64,000 bases of DNA. Source: Eledone cirrhosa. Taxonomy: Eukaryota. The translations under genes and the position numbers were made by a program. The notes under the pieces are model-generated. The model had not been told where the DNA came from. It saw only the letters and a list, made by a program, of their open reading frames with translations, and searched no databases. The stretch spans positions 21,390,001-21,454,000 of the forward strand of contig OZ024765.1 of assembly GCA_964016885.1 (NCBI GenBank). The letters run 5' to 3'. This document shows, piece by piece, positions 26,741 through 40,296 of the stretch; position 1 is the first letter of the stretch, and the number at the start of each line of letters is the position of its first letter.

Positions 26741-26974
26741 TTATAATAATAATAATAATAATTAGTTATATATAATAATAATAATATTAACTAGGAATTA
26801 CCTTCAGCAGAGGATTGTTGCAGGAAACAGTGTTGCAGGGGATACATCATGAATTCTAAGAATGGTGTTGGAAAGTTGAAGAAGGAATGACCCAAAGGAG
26901 CTTTGGTCCTTGGCTATGGGCTTGCTCTTTTGGTGAAGTGTCGTTATAACATCTGCCAGAAGAAAAACGTTACA

Positions 26975-27181
26975 AATAATAATAATAATTGTTTCTACTT
27001 TTGGCACAAGGCCAGCAATTATCCCAGTGTATTACTGGTACTTTATTTTATCGACCCCCCGTAAGGATGAAAAGAAAAGTTAACCTCGGCGGGATTTGAA
27101 CTCAGGTCGTAAAGGGACGTAACTCTATGCTACAAAGCATGGCGTCCGACCCTCTACCGATACTGCCAATCCACCGCCCTT
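26975..27181 (-). mobile_element. Full-length tRNA-derived SINE
   Basis: Same sequence as 25177-25361. Confidence 0.88.
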
Positions 27182-27217
27182 AATAATACTAATACTACTA
27201 ATACTAATAATAATAAT

Positions 27218-28818
27218 GCTTTCTTTATTAACCACAGGGGTTGACATTAAGTATAACATTAAGGACAGTACAGGACGGTATAGGACAATACAGGATGGTA
27301 CAGGGCATTACAGGACGGTACAGGGCATTACAGGACGGTACAGGGCAATACAGGACGGTATAGGACAATACAGGACGGTATAGGACAATACAGGACAGTA
27401 CAGGACATCACAGGACGGTACAGGGCATTACAGGACGGTATAGGACAATACAGGACGGTATAGGACAAAACAGGACAGTACAGGACATCACAGGACAATA
27501 CAGGACGGTACAGGGCATTACAGGACGGTATAGGACAATACAGGACGGTATAGGACAATACAGGACGGTACAGGACAACACAGGACATCACAGGACGGTA
27601 TAGGACAATACAGGACGGTACAGGGCAGTACAGGACGGTACAGGACGGTACAGAGCATTACAGGACAATACAGGACGGTACAGGACAGTACAGGACGGTA
27701 CAGGGCAATACAGCACAACACAGGACAGCACAGGACAATATAGGACAATACAGAACAGCACAGGACAGTACAGGACAGTATAGGACAATACAGAACAGCA
27801 CAGGACAGTATAGGACAGCACAGGACAATATAGGACAATACAGAACAGCACAGGACAGTACAGGACAATATAGGACAATACAGAACAGCACAGGACAGTA
27901 CAGGACAATATAGGACAATACAGAACAGCACAGGACAGTACAGGACAATATAGGACAATACAGAACAGCACAGGACAGCACAGGACAATACAGAACAGCA
28001 CAGGACAGTACAGGACAATATAGGACAATATAGGACAATACAGAACAGCACAGGACAGTACAGGACAATATAGGTACCTATAGGACAATATAGGACAATA
28101 CAGAACAGCACAGGACAGTACAGGACAATATAGGACAATATAGGACAGTACAGGGCAGCACAGGACAATACAGAACAGCACAGGACAGTACAGGACAATA
28201 TAGGACAATATAGGACAATACAGAACAGCACAGGACAGTACAATACAGCACAGGACAGGACAGTACAGGACAATATAGGACAATACAGGACAGTACAGGA
28301 CAATATAGGACAATATAGGACATTACAGAACAGCACAGGACAGGACAGTACAGGACAATATAGGACAATACAGAACAGCACAGGACAGCACAGGACAATA
28401 CAGAACAGCACAGGACAGTACAGTACAGGACAATATAGGACAATATAGGACAATATAGGACAATACAGAACAGCACAGGACAGTACAGGACAATATAGGT
28501 ACCTATAGGACAATATAGGACAATACAGAACAGCACAGGACAGTACAGGACAATATAGGACAGTACAGGGCAGCACAGGACAGTACAGGACAATATAGGA
28601 CAATATAGGACAGTACAGGGCAGCACAGGGCAGCACAGGGCAGCACAGTACAAATGGACATTTCTGTGTGTAAAGAAAAAAAACAAAGGAAATGACAAAA
28701 AAAGAAACAAAGGAAAATTCCCCAATAGGGGGGAGAGCCTTCCGAGGGACACTCGTGGAGAAAGCCCATTAAAAAAGCCACGGTGACCCTGACCACCAGG
28801 GCAAATGTCCCTTCCCAG
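27218..28818 (-). mobile_element. Tx1 3' UTR fragment split by an internal satellite
   Basis: 27218-27270 and 28645-28818 match the two sides of 26160-26395. Confidence 0.82.
27262..28650. repeat. 10-bp tandem repeat (caggacggta / caggacaata / cagaacagca variants)
   Basis: Direct reading. Confidence 0.95.
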
Positions 28819-29503
28819 TGTGGTAGTGATGGTAGTAGTGGTGGTGATGGTGGTGGTGATGGTGTTGATGATGGTGGCGATTGTGGTGATGGTGGTGATG
28901 ATGGTGATGATGATGGTGTTGATGATGGTGGCGATTGTGGTGATGGTGGTGATGATGGTGATGATGATGGGGGTGGTGATGGTGGTGGTGGTGATGATGT
29001 TGATGATGATGGTGATGGTGATGGTGGTGGTGATGCTGGTGATGATGGTGATGATGGTGGTGGTGGTGGTGATGATGTTGATGGTGATGGTGATGATGGT
29101 GGTGATGCTGGTGATGATGGTGATGGTGGTGATGGTGGTGATGATGGCGGTGGTGGTGGTGATATTGATGATGATGGTGGTGATGATGGCGGTGGTGGTG
29201 GTGATGTTGATGATGATGGTGATGATGGTGGTGATGATGGCGGTGGTGGTGGTGATGTTGATGGTGATGATGGTGGTGATGGTGGTGATGATGTTGATGA
29301 TGATGGTGATGTTGATGATGATGGTGGTGGTGGTGATGGTAATGAAGGTGGTGATGGTGGTGATGATGGTGGTGGTGATAGTGGTGGTGGTGATGGTGGT
29401 GGTGGGGATGGTGATGGTGGTGGTGGGGATGATGATGATGATGATGATGGTGTGGTAGTGGTGATGGTGATGATGGTGTGGTAGTGGTGATGGTGGTGAT
29501 GGT
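28819..29503. repeat. (GGT/GAT)n trinucleotide tract
   Basis: Direct reading. Confidence 0.92.
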
Positions 29504-29624
29504 TAATTAATGCAACAATGTAATTGCATTAAGTCTGCTTAATTAGATAATGTTTTTAATATCGATTAAATTTTAAAATTAATTTTTATATGACCATCAA
29601 TTTTCTCTATTTCTGGTTATTAAT

Positions 29625-30208
29625 GTATATATATTTATAATGTATATATATATATAAATATATATACATTGTATATATATATATATTGTATATATATATA
29701 TATTGTATATATATATATTGTATATATATATATATTGTATATATATATATATTGTATATATATATATATTGTATATATATATATTGTATATATATATATT
29801 GTATATATATATATATTGTATATATATATATATTGTATATATATTGTATATATATATATATTGTATATATATATATTGTATATATATATATATTGTATAT
29901 ATATATATTGTATATATATATATATTGTATATATATATATATTGTATATATATATATATTGTATATATATATATATTGTATATATATATATTGTATATAT
30001 ATATATTGTATATATATATATTGTATATATATATATTGTATATATATATATTGTATATATATATATATATTGTATATATATATATATTGTATATATATAC
30101 ATTGTATATATATATATATTGTATATATATATATATATATATATATACATTGTATATATATATACATTGTATATATATATATATATATATACATTGTATA
30201 TATATATA

Positions 30209-30263
<55 letters not shown>
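29625..30263. repeat. TTG(TA)n compound microsatellite
   Basis: Direct reading. Confidence 0.92.
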
Positions 30264-30268
<5 letters not shown>

Positions 30269-30269
30269 G

Positions 30270-30680
30270 TAATAGTAATATACGTGAACGGCAAAGCATA
30301 AACGAACTAAGGGAGAAATTAGGAATAAGAGGTATCAGATGTTGTTTACTCGAGAGAAGGCTACGTTGGTATGGTCACGTGATGCGCATGAAAGACGACA
30401 GCTGTATAAAAAAGTGCAGGGCAATAAAAATAGACGGTAGCCATGGAGTAGGCAGACCCAGAAAAACCTGGGACGACTTGATAAATTCCGACCTCGCACA
30501 CTTACACCTCTCCAAGACAATGTCACTGGACCGAGACCTTTGGCGGTACTCAGTAATAGAGAAGACCCGCCTTACCTAAGTACAAAGTGAAACCTACTAC
30601 AGTCAGTAGGCACCTCTAACAAAATACACCCCCGTCCCATTACCCCCACCCCATCCACACCACCCCTTTCAATGTAAAGT
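30270..30680 (+). pseudogene. RTE LINE C-terminal fragment and 3' UTR
   Basis: [39 protein letters not shown]. Confidence 0.85.
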
Positions 30681-30717
30681 TATGTTGGTACCACAACATC
30701 CAGTCCTAAACAAATGA

Positions 30718-32290
30718 GGTCATGTTGTTGTCTGGCATGTTCGTATAGTACTGACCCATGTTTTCATCCTTTTAGTTCCCCCCAGTGTTGGTCTATCCTT
30801 TCACCTATGCTACGAGCTGTCTCACCTATGTATGTTGTTGTCATGTTTCTGCAAGTACCCTCTGTATATCTTATGCTATAGACTACGTTTCTAGTTTTAC
30901 AGTTTATCCGGGGGTTTACCTTACATGATACATTTCCAATTGGTGCAGTGGGTTTTCTTAAAAGGGTAGGTTTTGCTGATCAGGGATTTTATGGTGGTTC
31001 CTGGCTTTTCTACCACCTTAATTTTTAAGTGGGTCTTTCTCAGGGCCTTTCTACACTGGTTAGCTAATTTCCCTCCAGGGGTAGCGTCCACAAACATGAC
31101 ACTCTGGTATCTCTGGTTGTCGTACCATGAGGTGGCTTTCCCTATCTTATGTCTAGCCCTATCTAAGCTATTCCATGATTTGCTCCTGTATAATGGGCAA
31201 ATTCCTTTCATGTCCAGTTCTATGAGGGTCTTATACTTCTCCATGGCTCCTTCGTATACTCTGACTGTCTCTTTGGTTGTAGCCAGAGAACTGCATGCGG
31301 TTGATGAAGTGTTGGATGGGTCTTTCCATTTCTCTTGGATCGCACATGCGGGACACATTCTTCATCACTCGTACCAAATCTGCGATCAGAATATTAAACT
31401 TAGCACTACTGGACATTGCTGAGTTTTTGAGTATCAGGTATTTGGAGGCCATGGGTTTAGCATAGTGTGAGTGGAGAATTTGGGCTCTCTCATCTATAGT
31501 GTTAATCCAGAGTTCTGTGTCTAATACAGGTAGTCTATTGTTAGGGTGTTTGGAAGGGTAGTCGATAGTTACAGTTATACTCTGGTGTATGGAATTAGCT
31601 ATCTGCTGGATGCTTTCCATCGTGCTACGTTCTAAATCAAACTTGTTAGTGCTCTCTAGTGGGGGTGTTCTTATAACTATATTGATATCGTCTACATAAC
31701 GAGAGTACATGATGAGGTCTATGGAGCTCTCATTAAGGAGATCTTTAAGTCTCCTTTCCCACCATACCATGAAAAGGTTGGCAACATCACCAGCTATGCT
31801 GACGCCGATGGCTGCTCCCTCATTTTGGGTGTAGATCTTCTCGTTGAACTTAAATATGTGGCCCTTTAGGGTAGTTTTGATACTAGCCCCTATTGCATGT
31901 GCGACCATTTTTCTTACCTGATCATTGTTTTGGGGGGTCCGTATAGCTTTTGTCCACCCAATCCACCTTCCCATGGGAGTCTTTTTTGCCATTGAGGTTA
32001 TGGTGGGGGGTCTACCTCATAGGTCTACTAGGGCAGAAACGTCTAAGGTCATGGCTGTCTAGGTAGTCAGTGTCGTAGGTAAGTCTAAGTAGGAGGCGCA
32101 GTTCGTCTGTGTCGATGTCGCAGAACTCCACCTCACTCTCAATGATCATCTCCACACATCTTTTCACGGCAAAATCAATGTTAATGGATGAGTACAGTGA
32201 CACCACATCCATGCTGCCTATTATGCAGTTGGATAGGTTCCTGTTTTTGTTGCACTCACTGATTCTGCTGAGGAGGTCCTCTGTACTGTC
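30718..32290 (-). pseudogene. Frameshifted PLE RT to GIY-YIG fragment, same family as 20379-21840
   Basis: GSMDVVSLYSSI, QNEGAAIGVSIAG, RYVDD, LPVLD; overlap nearly identical to about 20379-21145. Confidence 0.88.
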
Positions 32291-32339
32291 CTCTGACTGA
32301 TGTAAAACTAACGGAAGAATTTATCAATGACCACACAGT

Positions 32340-32500
32340 AAATATTTATGGGAACACTTTAATCAGTGAACAAGAACAACAAATCCTGCGGCTACCACCA
32401 AAATTTGCCATCTACAAAAAGATTAACCCTATGGAGTGCAAAACGGAGCTGGAAAAGTGTTTCACAAAAATACGTTGGAATGCAAAGGTAAACAACAACA
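32340..32500 (+). pseudogene. Possible PLE N-terminal fragment
   Basis: EQEQQILRLPPKFAIYKKI..ELEKCFTKIRW resembles the L.LG.KF..K.RW block of PLE N-termini. Confidence 0.5.
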
Positions 32501-32668
32501 ACAATAATAACAGTAGTAGTAATATAAACAATAACTCTGGGTATAGAAATAACAGCCATAACCATAACAATGGCAGGAAAGTGAGAAATAGTGATAATGG
32601 TAATAATACTAGCGATAGACAGAACAACAACAACCACAATAATAATAATAATAGAAACATTAACCACA

Positions 32669-32712
32669 GATAGGTAGGTAGGTAGGTAGGTAGGTAGGTA
32701 GGTAGGTAGGTA
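32669..32712. repeat. (TAGG)n tract at the Tx1 3' end
   Basis: Direct reading. Confidence 0.9.
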
Positions 32713-32977
32713 TGTTTCTTTTATTTGCCACCAGGGTATCAAAAGTGGGACAAGTACAATGGGGGGAGTTTACATAACAAGGCGTCCTCAATAGGGAGGA
32801 GGCAATAACAAGATATAAAAATAAAATAAAATATAACAAAAAATAAAATTTATAACAAAATCCTCAATAGAGAGGAGGCGCCTTGGGGGGGTCGCACACA
32901 CCCCCGAAAAAAGTGTGCAACCCTTCTCCTCAGGTGCACAGAGAGGGGGTGCTCCCTCGTTCCTTCCTCTTTTCCAC

Positions 32978-35900
32978 CTACAGGCTTATGTAAAGAGAAG
33001 GCCCATTCACACGGGCCATTCTCGCCACTTTCACCCATCTTTCATAAAAACGACTGGGGTGCAGCACCTCTCTCTCCATCCTGATCCTTCTTCCGAAATG
33101 ATATCGGAAGAAACGGACCAGTTGTTGGCCAGAGAGAAAGGTGTCTGACCTCAGTCCTTTAAGACGCGTCCACCATACAACCTCTTTCGCCATGGCTATT
33201 ACGCACAGAAACACCGCCTCTCCTTCATCTTTGAAGAGGGGAGGCGGCTTGATCGTTACAATAGACTCGGTGGTCAACCGGATCGGTCCCACCCTTGACA
33301 GCAGTTGTTCGACATCGCCCCACAGATCGGCAATGCCCGAGCAGTGTACCAATGCGTGTGCAACGGTTTCCTCGTCGCACACGCATCTGGGACAGATCTT
33401 TTGCGAGGGGTCACTACCCGGGCGCCCGTGTCTGTAGAGCCTTTCTCGAATGGGCAGAGCCCTTCTGTAGCACTGCCAGGCCAGGAACCTCTGGAAGTTA
33501 TCCATGGGTCCCGGGCTGAATGTCCTACCGAACAGACTGGCCAGCTTGTCTTCCTCCATGCCTAGGGCTTCTCCGAGGGCGTCGTCGCACCTGCTAACCA
33601 CCAGCCCTCTATAGAATGACGAGGTGGATTCTCCACTGACAGCCGGGTCCGCCTGCCAGAGAGCCGTGAGCACCTGGGCACACTCGGTGTGCCAGGCGCC
33701 CAGTTTTCTCGGTCTTTGCTTGACCCAGGATTGCAGCTCGGTGAGTGAGACGAATCTGGGAATTGCTCGCCTTACAAACGGGGCCCACACCGGTTGACCG
33801 GTGAGGAATACCTGGAGGTGCCGTAGCCTTAATGCGTGTTTACGTATCATTAGCCACGGCATCCCCAGCCCTCCTTTCGAAGGGTGTTGACAGCAGATGG
33901 ATCTCCTCACCATAGGAGCCCGATTCTTCCAAAGGAATTGGAAGAGTGCGCGCTCCATTTTGGCGAGCGTTTCCCTTGGGCAAGGCACAACGGTCAGGCG
34001 GTAGTAGATGACAGACGCTATATAAGTGTTCGCCACCTCCGCCCGACGTTTCAGGGACAGTTTGCACTCGGCCCACTTCTGGGTCAGTGCAAACACCCTG
34101 TCCGAACCAGACCCCGAGCAACTTCACCGGGCCCTCCGTCCAGCGCCCGACGACGCCATCGGAAGGCATCGATCTGCCCCTCCACGTGCTGAGTTGCAGA
34201 CCAATCGACTTGTCCCAGTTCAGCTTAGCCCCTGTAAACCTTTCGTATTCCTCCAGTAAGGTGCCGATCGCCCCGATTTCCGAGGCCGTCGACACCATTA
34301 CTGTTACGTCGTCGGCGTAGGCCGACACCGCTTTCCGCAATCCCGGTTCCAAAGGGATGCCCTGCAACAACTCCAACTTCCGCAGCAGTGGCTCTAGAGT
34401 CAACACATACAGAAGGGAGGAGAGAGGGCACCCTTGTCGGATGGACCGCGCAATTTCGAACGGCTCCGAGAGGTAGCCGTTCACCTTGACCCTAGAGCAG
34501 ATGCGGCTGCTGTGCATGGCATTGATCCAGCCCCTGAAAACGGGTCCGAAGCCTGCCGCCGCTAGCACCGCATCCAGGTAACCATGGTCGATCCTATCAA
34601 ATGTCTTAGATTGATCCAAGTTGATCAGGGCCCCACCAAAGCCGGGTTCGTTCCCAACCCTCTCTATGATGTATCGCATGAGGTGGAGGTTGTCGTTGAT
34701 GGACCTGGACGGGATAGCGCATGTCTGCGCATCTCCCACCAGGTTGCCCACGACAAGCGCCAACCTCTTTGCTAGCACCTTGGCCAAAATCTGTAACTCT
34801 GTATTTAGCAGAGTTATGGGCCTGAAATTATTTATATTGTCCCCCTTGTTCTCGTCCTTCCTCACTAGCGTGACTACGCCCTTGGTCACAGCACAGGGAA
34901 TTCTCCCGTTCTGTTGCCAGTTGCAGTAGACCGCCTCGAGGAGATCGGGGAACAAGTCCGGCATAGCTAGATATAGTTCGTATGGAAGACCATCGAGACC
35001 CGGGGATTTGCGTTTGCCGCATTGGCTTAGCACGTCCTCTATCTCAGCGGCTGAAATCGGCTCCTCGCAGGACTTCGCCTCCCTGTCCGAGAGACGCGGC
35101 AGGCCGTCGAGGTATGGACCGAAGTCCACATCCCCAACCGGCCCCCCGCCCCTTCCGAACAATCCGGCAAAGTGCTTTTGAAAAGCCTCGCACATCTGCT
35201 TAGGTTCAAAGATCACCCGTCCATCCTGGTCTCGCAAAGACCGGATAGTGGATCTGCTCCCTCTTTTGGCTTCTGTCACGCGGGCCCAGCTAACAGCTTT
35301 GGTCCCCTCGTTTCCCAGAGCACGTATTTTGCTTCGGACGATGCAGCCTTCGTGTTTCGCGTCGAAGAACTGGCCCAGGGCCGTTCTCGACGCTAGCACT
35401 CTGGCCACGTCGCCTCTTCTAATTGCCTCTTCTACACTATCTACCAGCTCCCTTTCCTTCCTATTTCTATTTGAGGCTAACTCCTTACTGAATTCTATAG
35501 AGACTACTCTAATCTCTCTTTTGAGAGATCCCCCACCACCTGCTGTTGACGATGGCGCCCGTTAACCGCTCCTTAACTAAATTGCTAATCCGGTCCCTGT
35601 AAGCCTTACTTGCCGGTAAGGACAAGTTGAGCTTCCAGTAACCGGGTCCCTGTCTATGCGTTCTGTCAAGGTTGACCATGCAGCTCACTAACTTGTGGTC
35701 TGAATAGCCAACCATGCTCATTTTTGGACAACTTAATAAGTCCTTATCCTTATTTCTAACTAAGAACCTATCTAGGTACGACCTAGATTATCCACTACGA
35801 TTTGCCCAAGTCCAGGTTGGCGCAGTCGGAAAATCTAGTCGATATCTATCGGCCAGGTCAAATTGACCGATTAACCCTTTGAGGCTATTACACCCCTCTC

Positions 35901-36375
35901 TATCGGGACAGACCCCTACGTAGTCCCAGCGTGCATCTAGGATACCATTCCAGTCCCCCACTAATAGCAAGGAGCGGGACGTCCCTAGAAAAGTCTCCAG
36001 ACGATGGAAGAAGTCCGGCCGCATTGACCCGAAAGGGCCGTAGGCGGCTACCAACCTAAAAGCTCCGCCTTCACCACTGCCAAGGTCCAGAACCACTAGT
36101 CGACCCTCCGGGTCCAAATGTACCATCTGTGTTGCGAGACCCAGATGTTTTTGCAGCAGAACGACAACCCCACCCCCACCTCCGGGCTGACAGAGAGATG
36201 CGTGCATCTCAAAGTCATCAAAGGTGGGGGCCAGCTGTCGCACGTTGCTGATCCGGGCCTCGCAAATAACCATCACATCTATACGTTGTGACCTGAGGTC
36301 ATTTAGAAGCATTGCTTGCTTCCAAGTTGAGCCCAGGCCATGCGCATTTAAACAGCCTACTCTTAGCATAGCCAT
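32978..36375 (-). pseudogene. Tx1 ORF2 (AP endonuclease plus RT), several frameshifts
   Basis: CLNAHGL, GDWN, SYLDRFL, SDH, KSPGLDGLP, NFRPITLLN, SIRQGCPLS, YADD, CPRC..ETVAHALVHC, split over four ORFs. Confidence 0.92.
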
Positions 36376-36399
36376 GTTGGTGGTGAAGAGAAAAGGCAC

Positions 36400-38178
36400 T
36401 TACCTCTCTGCGTCCCGGGTATCGGGCTGCACAATTTCCATTAGGGTGGGGGATGGGTTGTTGGGTGGGGTGGTGGTTTGTGGAAGTGTAGGAGCATCAG
36501 TGTGTTGTGTGGTTGGGGTGTTTGGAGTTGTGTGGGTGTTTGGGGAGGAGGTGGGGTTGTTTTTTAGGAGGACGCGGTTAATGGGCCCGACGCAGGGGGG
36601 ACCCACGTCCTCTTTAAAGTTGTTTTTTAAAGTTTTATAAGTGTCCTGTGGGGCCTTAATCATTTTGAGGTGGGGGAAATCCCCTGCCTGGGTGAAGTTA
36701 GGCCCTTGTGTTTTTATTAGATTGTTGTTGTACACAATGTTTAACAGTTTTTTGTTTCTTGTGTTTATGTATGTGTATGCATGTTTTTGTTTTTGTGTGG
36801 TGTTTTTTGTTTGCTGTTGTTGTGAGCTCTTTTGTGTTGGTGTCAGTGTTATGTTTTGGGGAGGGGTTGTTTTCATTTGTGTGTCTGAGGTGTGTTTTCT
36901 TTTTTTTCTTTTGATTGTGTGGAAGTGCTCCTCCTCGTCTGACGACGAACTAGGGTCATCTTCCGCGTTGGAGGGGAGGGGTATATTTTCGGGTTGTGTT
37001 TGCGGTGCGGGTGTTTTGGAAATTGTTTTTTTTTTAGTGGGGGGGATGGGTTGGACATTGTTTTGTTTTGGTTTGAGCTGTGGTGGTTGTTTTTGTAGTG
37101 GTAGTTGTGGTGATTGTGTTGGTTGTGCAGTTGTTGGTGGTGTAGGCAGGATTGGGGTTTTCTTATTAAGTTGGGGACAGACAGCCCTCAGGTGACCTCT
37201 GGTTCCGCAGAGGTAACACGAGGGCTGCCTACCCCCAACGGTAATGTTGATGAAAGTTTGATCATCCAGTATGACGCGTTCAGGGATCTGGGCGATCCTT
37301 TCGGGCCTCATTTGAACTACAAGTTCGAGGCTCGTTCCACTGAACGTGTCACCCGATGCCTTTCCCATGGACACCAGCATGTCATCCTCCAGGTCCAGGA
37401 AACCTGTCAAAACCCACCATATGTCCATAATCGGCAGGATGGTGTGAATTTTTATTTTTTGTGTTCTTCTACCCATGTACGTAGGGTAGAAGGTGTATGC
37501 GGTGGATGTGATTGGTTTGATGGACAGTTTCACTGCTGTGTCCCTGTCCTTCATGAGAATGGATAGACTCCCGTAGAGTCTATCCTTCTGAATGAAGGTG
37601 ATGTCCTTCATGACGTCTTTTAAAACCAGCTCTATCTCGCTCTGTGATGGTTGAGCTGGTTTTTTACTTTTATTCGAGATTGTCCTAAACATGACCGTGT
37701 TTAGGAGTCTCTGGCTTTTTAGTTCCGGGGGGGAATGGATTGTGAATGAACCATTTTCCCCGTACACTATATATTTTTTCGCATCTGCCAGTAGCTCCTT
37801 CGCTTTGGTTATATCTACTGGCAGATAGTCGAGGGTTTTCCTTGTCGTCTCGGCGAAGGAGAAATTTTGTTTGTTTGTGTTGTTGTTGTCGTTGGTGGTG
37901 TTGTTGTTGTTGTCACAGTTATTGGTCTTGTTGTTGTTGTTGTTATTGTTATTGGTGTTGTTTTCGTCCGTCGCATTGTTGTTGTTGCTGTTGCTGGTGC
38001 CGCTGGTTCTTTGGGTTGTTGCCATGGCAACGTCAAGTTGTCGGTTAACAGATGGAGAAATTCCTTCCTCTGGCTGACCTTTCTTCTTGACCTCTGCTAC
38101 TGTGACAGTGGCAGGGGGAAGCTGTAAGTTTATCTTCCCCTTTCCTCCTTCGAATTTTGGTGAAGAAGCTTCAGCCAT
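36400..38178 (-). CDS. Tx1 ORF1 gag-like nucleic-acid-binding protein
   Basis: 592-aa open frame directly upstream of ORF2 with CCHC knuckle CYLCGTRGHLRAVC. Confidence 0.85.
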   Translation of the reverse strand: MAEASSPKFEGGKGKINLQLPPATVTVAEVKKKGQPEEGISPSVNRQLDVAMATTQRTSGTSNSNNNNATDENNTNNNNNNNNKTNNCDNNNNTTNDNNNTNKQNFSFAETTRKTLDYLPVDITKAKELLADAKKYIVYGENGSFTIHSPPELKSQRLLNTVMFRTISNKSKKPAQPSQSEIELVLKDVMKDITFIQKDRLYGSLSILMKDRDTAVKLSIKPITSTAYTFYPTYMGRRTQKIKIHTILPIMDIWWVLTGFLDLEDDMLVSMGKASGDTFSGTSLELVVQMRPERIAQIPERVILDDQTFINITVGGRQPSCYLCGTRGHLRAVCPQLNKKTPILPTPPTTAQPTQSPQLPLQKQPPQLKPKQNNVQPIPPTKKKTISKTPAPQTQPENIPLPSNAEDDPSSSSDEEEHFHTIKRKKRKHTSDTQMKTTPPQNITLTPTQKSSQQQQTKNTTQKQKHAYTYINTRNKKLLNIVYNNNLIKTQGPNFTQAGDFPHLKMIKAPQDTYKTLKNNFKEDVGPPCVGPINRVLLKNNPTSSPNTHTTPNTPTTQHTDAPTLPQTTTPPNNPSPTLMEIVQPDTRDAER

Positions 38179-38407
38179 TTTAAAAAATGTTAACTTTTCA
38201 ACAAGAAAAAACTTTTTTTGTTTAACTATTTCGCCTAAAGGTGTAGAATATTTTGAGAGACTGACCAGATCAAAGTTTGACCTGGCTGTCCCTCTACAAA
38301 ATGGTACAAAAATGAAAGTTTACAGTTCACAATTTCCGGATAAATTTAAACGAAACTTACCGAGCGAGCTCAGCACATGTGTCCATCGTAAAGAGAAGAT
38401 ATGACTC

Positions 38408-39312
38408 CATAGATAGATAGTTAGACAGACAAACAGACAGATGCCTATATACATTAGTAGATAGATAGATTTCTTTATTAGCCACAAGGGCGCAACAAGA
38501 AAGGGGACAATACAAAGACATGCCGGGGATTTTACTAGATAGATAGTTAGACAGACAGACAGACAGATGCTTATATACATTAGTAGATAGATAGTTAGAC
38601 AGACAGACAGACAGATGCCTATATACATTAGTAGATAGATAGTTAGACAGACAAACAGACAGATGCCTATATACATTAGTTGATAGATAGTTAGACAGAC
38701 AGACAGATGCCTATATACATTAGCAGATAGATAGTTAGACAGACAGACAGATGCCTATGTACATTAGTAGATAGATAGTTAGACAGACAGACAGATGACT
38801 ATGTACATTAATAGATAGATAGTTAGACAGACAGACAGACAGATGCCTATATACATTAGTTGATAGATAGTTAGACAGACAGACAGATGCCTATATACAT
38901 TAGCAGATAGATAGTTAGACAGACAGACAGATGCCTATATACATTAGTAGATAGATAGTTAGACAGACAGACAGATGCCTATGTACATTAGTAGATAGAT
39001 AGTTAGACAGACAGACAGATGCCTATGTACATTAGTAGATAGATAGTTAGACAGACAGACAGATGCCTATATACATTAGTAGATAGATAGTTAGACAGAC
39101 AGACAGATGCCTGTATACATTAGTAGATAGTTAGTTAGACAGACAGACAGATGCCTATATACATTAGTTGATAGATAGTTAGACAGACAGACAGATGCCT
39201 ATATACATTAGTAGATAGATAGTTAGACAGACAGACAGATGCCTATATACATTAGTTGATAGATAGTTAGACAGACAGACAGATGCCTATATACATTAGT
39301 AGATAGATAGAT
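38408..39312. repeat. ~42-46-bp GATA/GACA minisatellite with a short Tx1 3'-end insertion (38470-38533)
   Basis: Unit tagatagatagttagacagacagacagatgcctatatacattag. Confidence 0.92.
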
Positions 39313-40093
39313 AAATGCCGAGAGTTATGGATGAATGTGAAGCAGTTTTTCCGCGACCTTTTCTTCTCCATTCTATTCAACCAGCATGTATGTCGGCCAT
39401 TGTCCTTTGACAAATTTGGGAACTGATTGCTTCAAGAATCAATGAAACTATTCCACATAATTTGTCGTTTAGTCTGTCAATAACTTGGTATTTACAATCT
39501 GCAAAGTTAACTATCTTTATGGTTATTGAGCGTGATGCATGGCTTTGACATTTTTTATTAGTTATTTCCATCTAAATTGTGTTTTCTTCGGTCAATCAGT
39601 TAATATTTATTGTCTGTTCATGAAACACTCTTTATGGTTATTCAATGTGACGTAAGGACTCAATTTTTTTAGTTTGGTTCTAATTTCTCTTTACTCGGTC
39701 ACCCAGTCTGTATTTACAGTCTCTGTCAATACTGTGTTGTGTGTTCTAGTAATCAAGCTGAGGCCATGCTGGAACATTGCCTACTCTGTTATGTGTTCTG
39801 GTTATCAGGCTGAAGCCATGCTGGGGCGCCGAGTACTCTATTAGGTGTTCTAGTTTTCAGGCTGTGGCCATGCTGGGTCACAGACTACTCTATTATATGT
39901 TCCATATAGCGCGCTTCATCAGACACTGGATTAGTTCCTTTTATTTTCCTGAGAAGAAGAGATCTTAGTCTCAAAATATCAGGACATATAATTAAATTAA
40001 AATAAAACCACTCCTTGTTTCATCAGACTTGTTTATCCATTCATTTCCCATTGTTGTGGCTTTCAAACTTCGAATTCTATATAATATATATTT

Positions 40094-40145
<52 letters not shown>

Positions 40146-40243
40146 ATATATATACATATATATATTTATTAAAATATATATATACATATATATATATACA
40201 TATATATATATGTATATATATATTTATTAAAATATATATATAC

Positions 40244-40296
<53 letters not shown>

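Larger units (their letters stand above)
32713..38400 (-). mobile_element. Near full-length Tx1/L1-clade LINE (ORF1 plus disrupted ORF2)
   Basis: ORF1 with zinc knuckle; ORF2 with APE, RT and C-terminal CxxC..H..C; 3' end aataaaagaaac followed by repeat. Confidence 0.92.

Noticed and set aside
28783-29484. Gly/Asp-rich ORF resembling a structural protein
   Set aside because: Trinucleotide repeat fused to a Tx1 UTR remnant; no evidence of an exon.
39312-39940. Possible exon or element remnant in unique-looking sequence
   Set aside because: Only short ORFs without recognisable motifs and a weak degenerate repeat; cannot be assigned.
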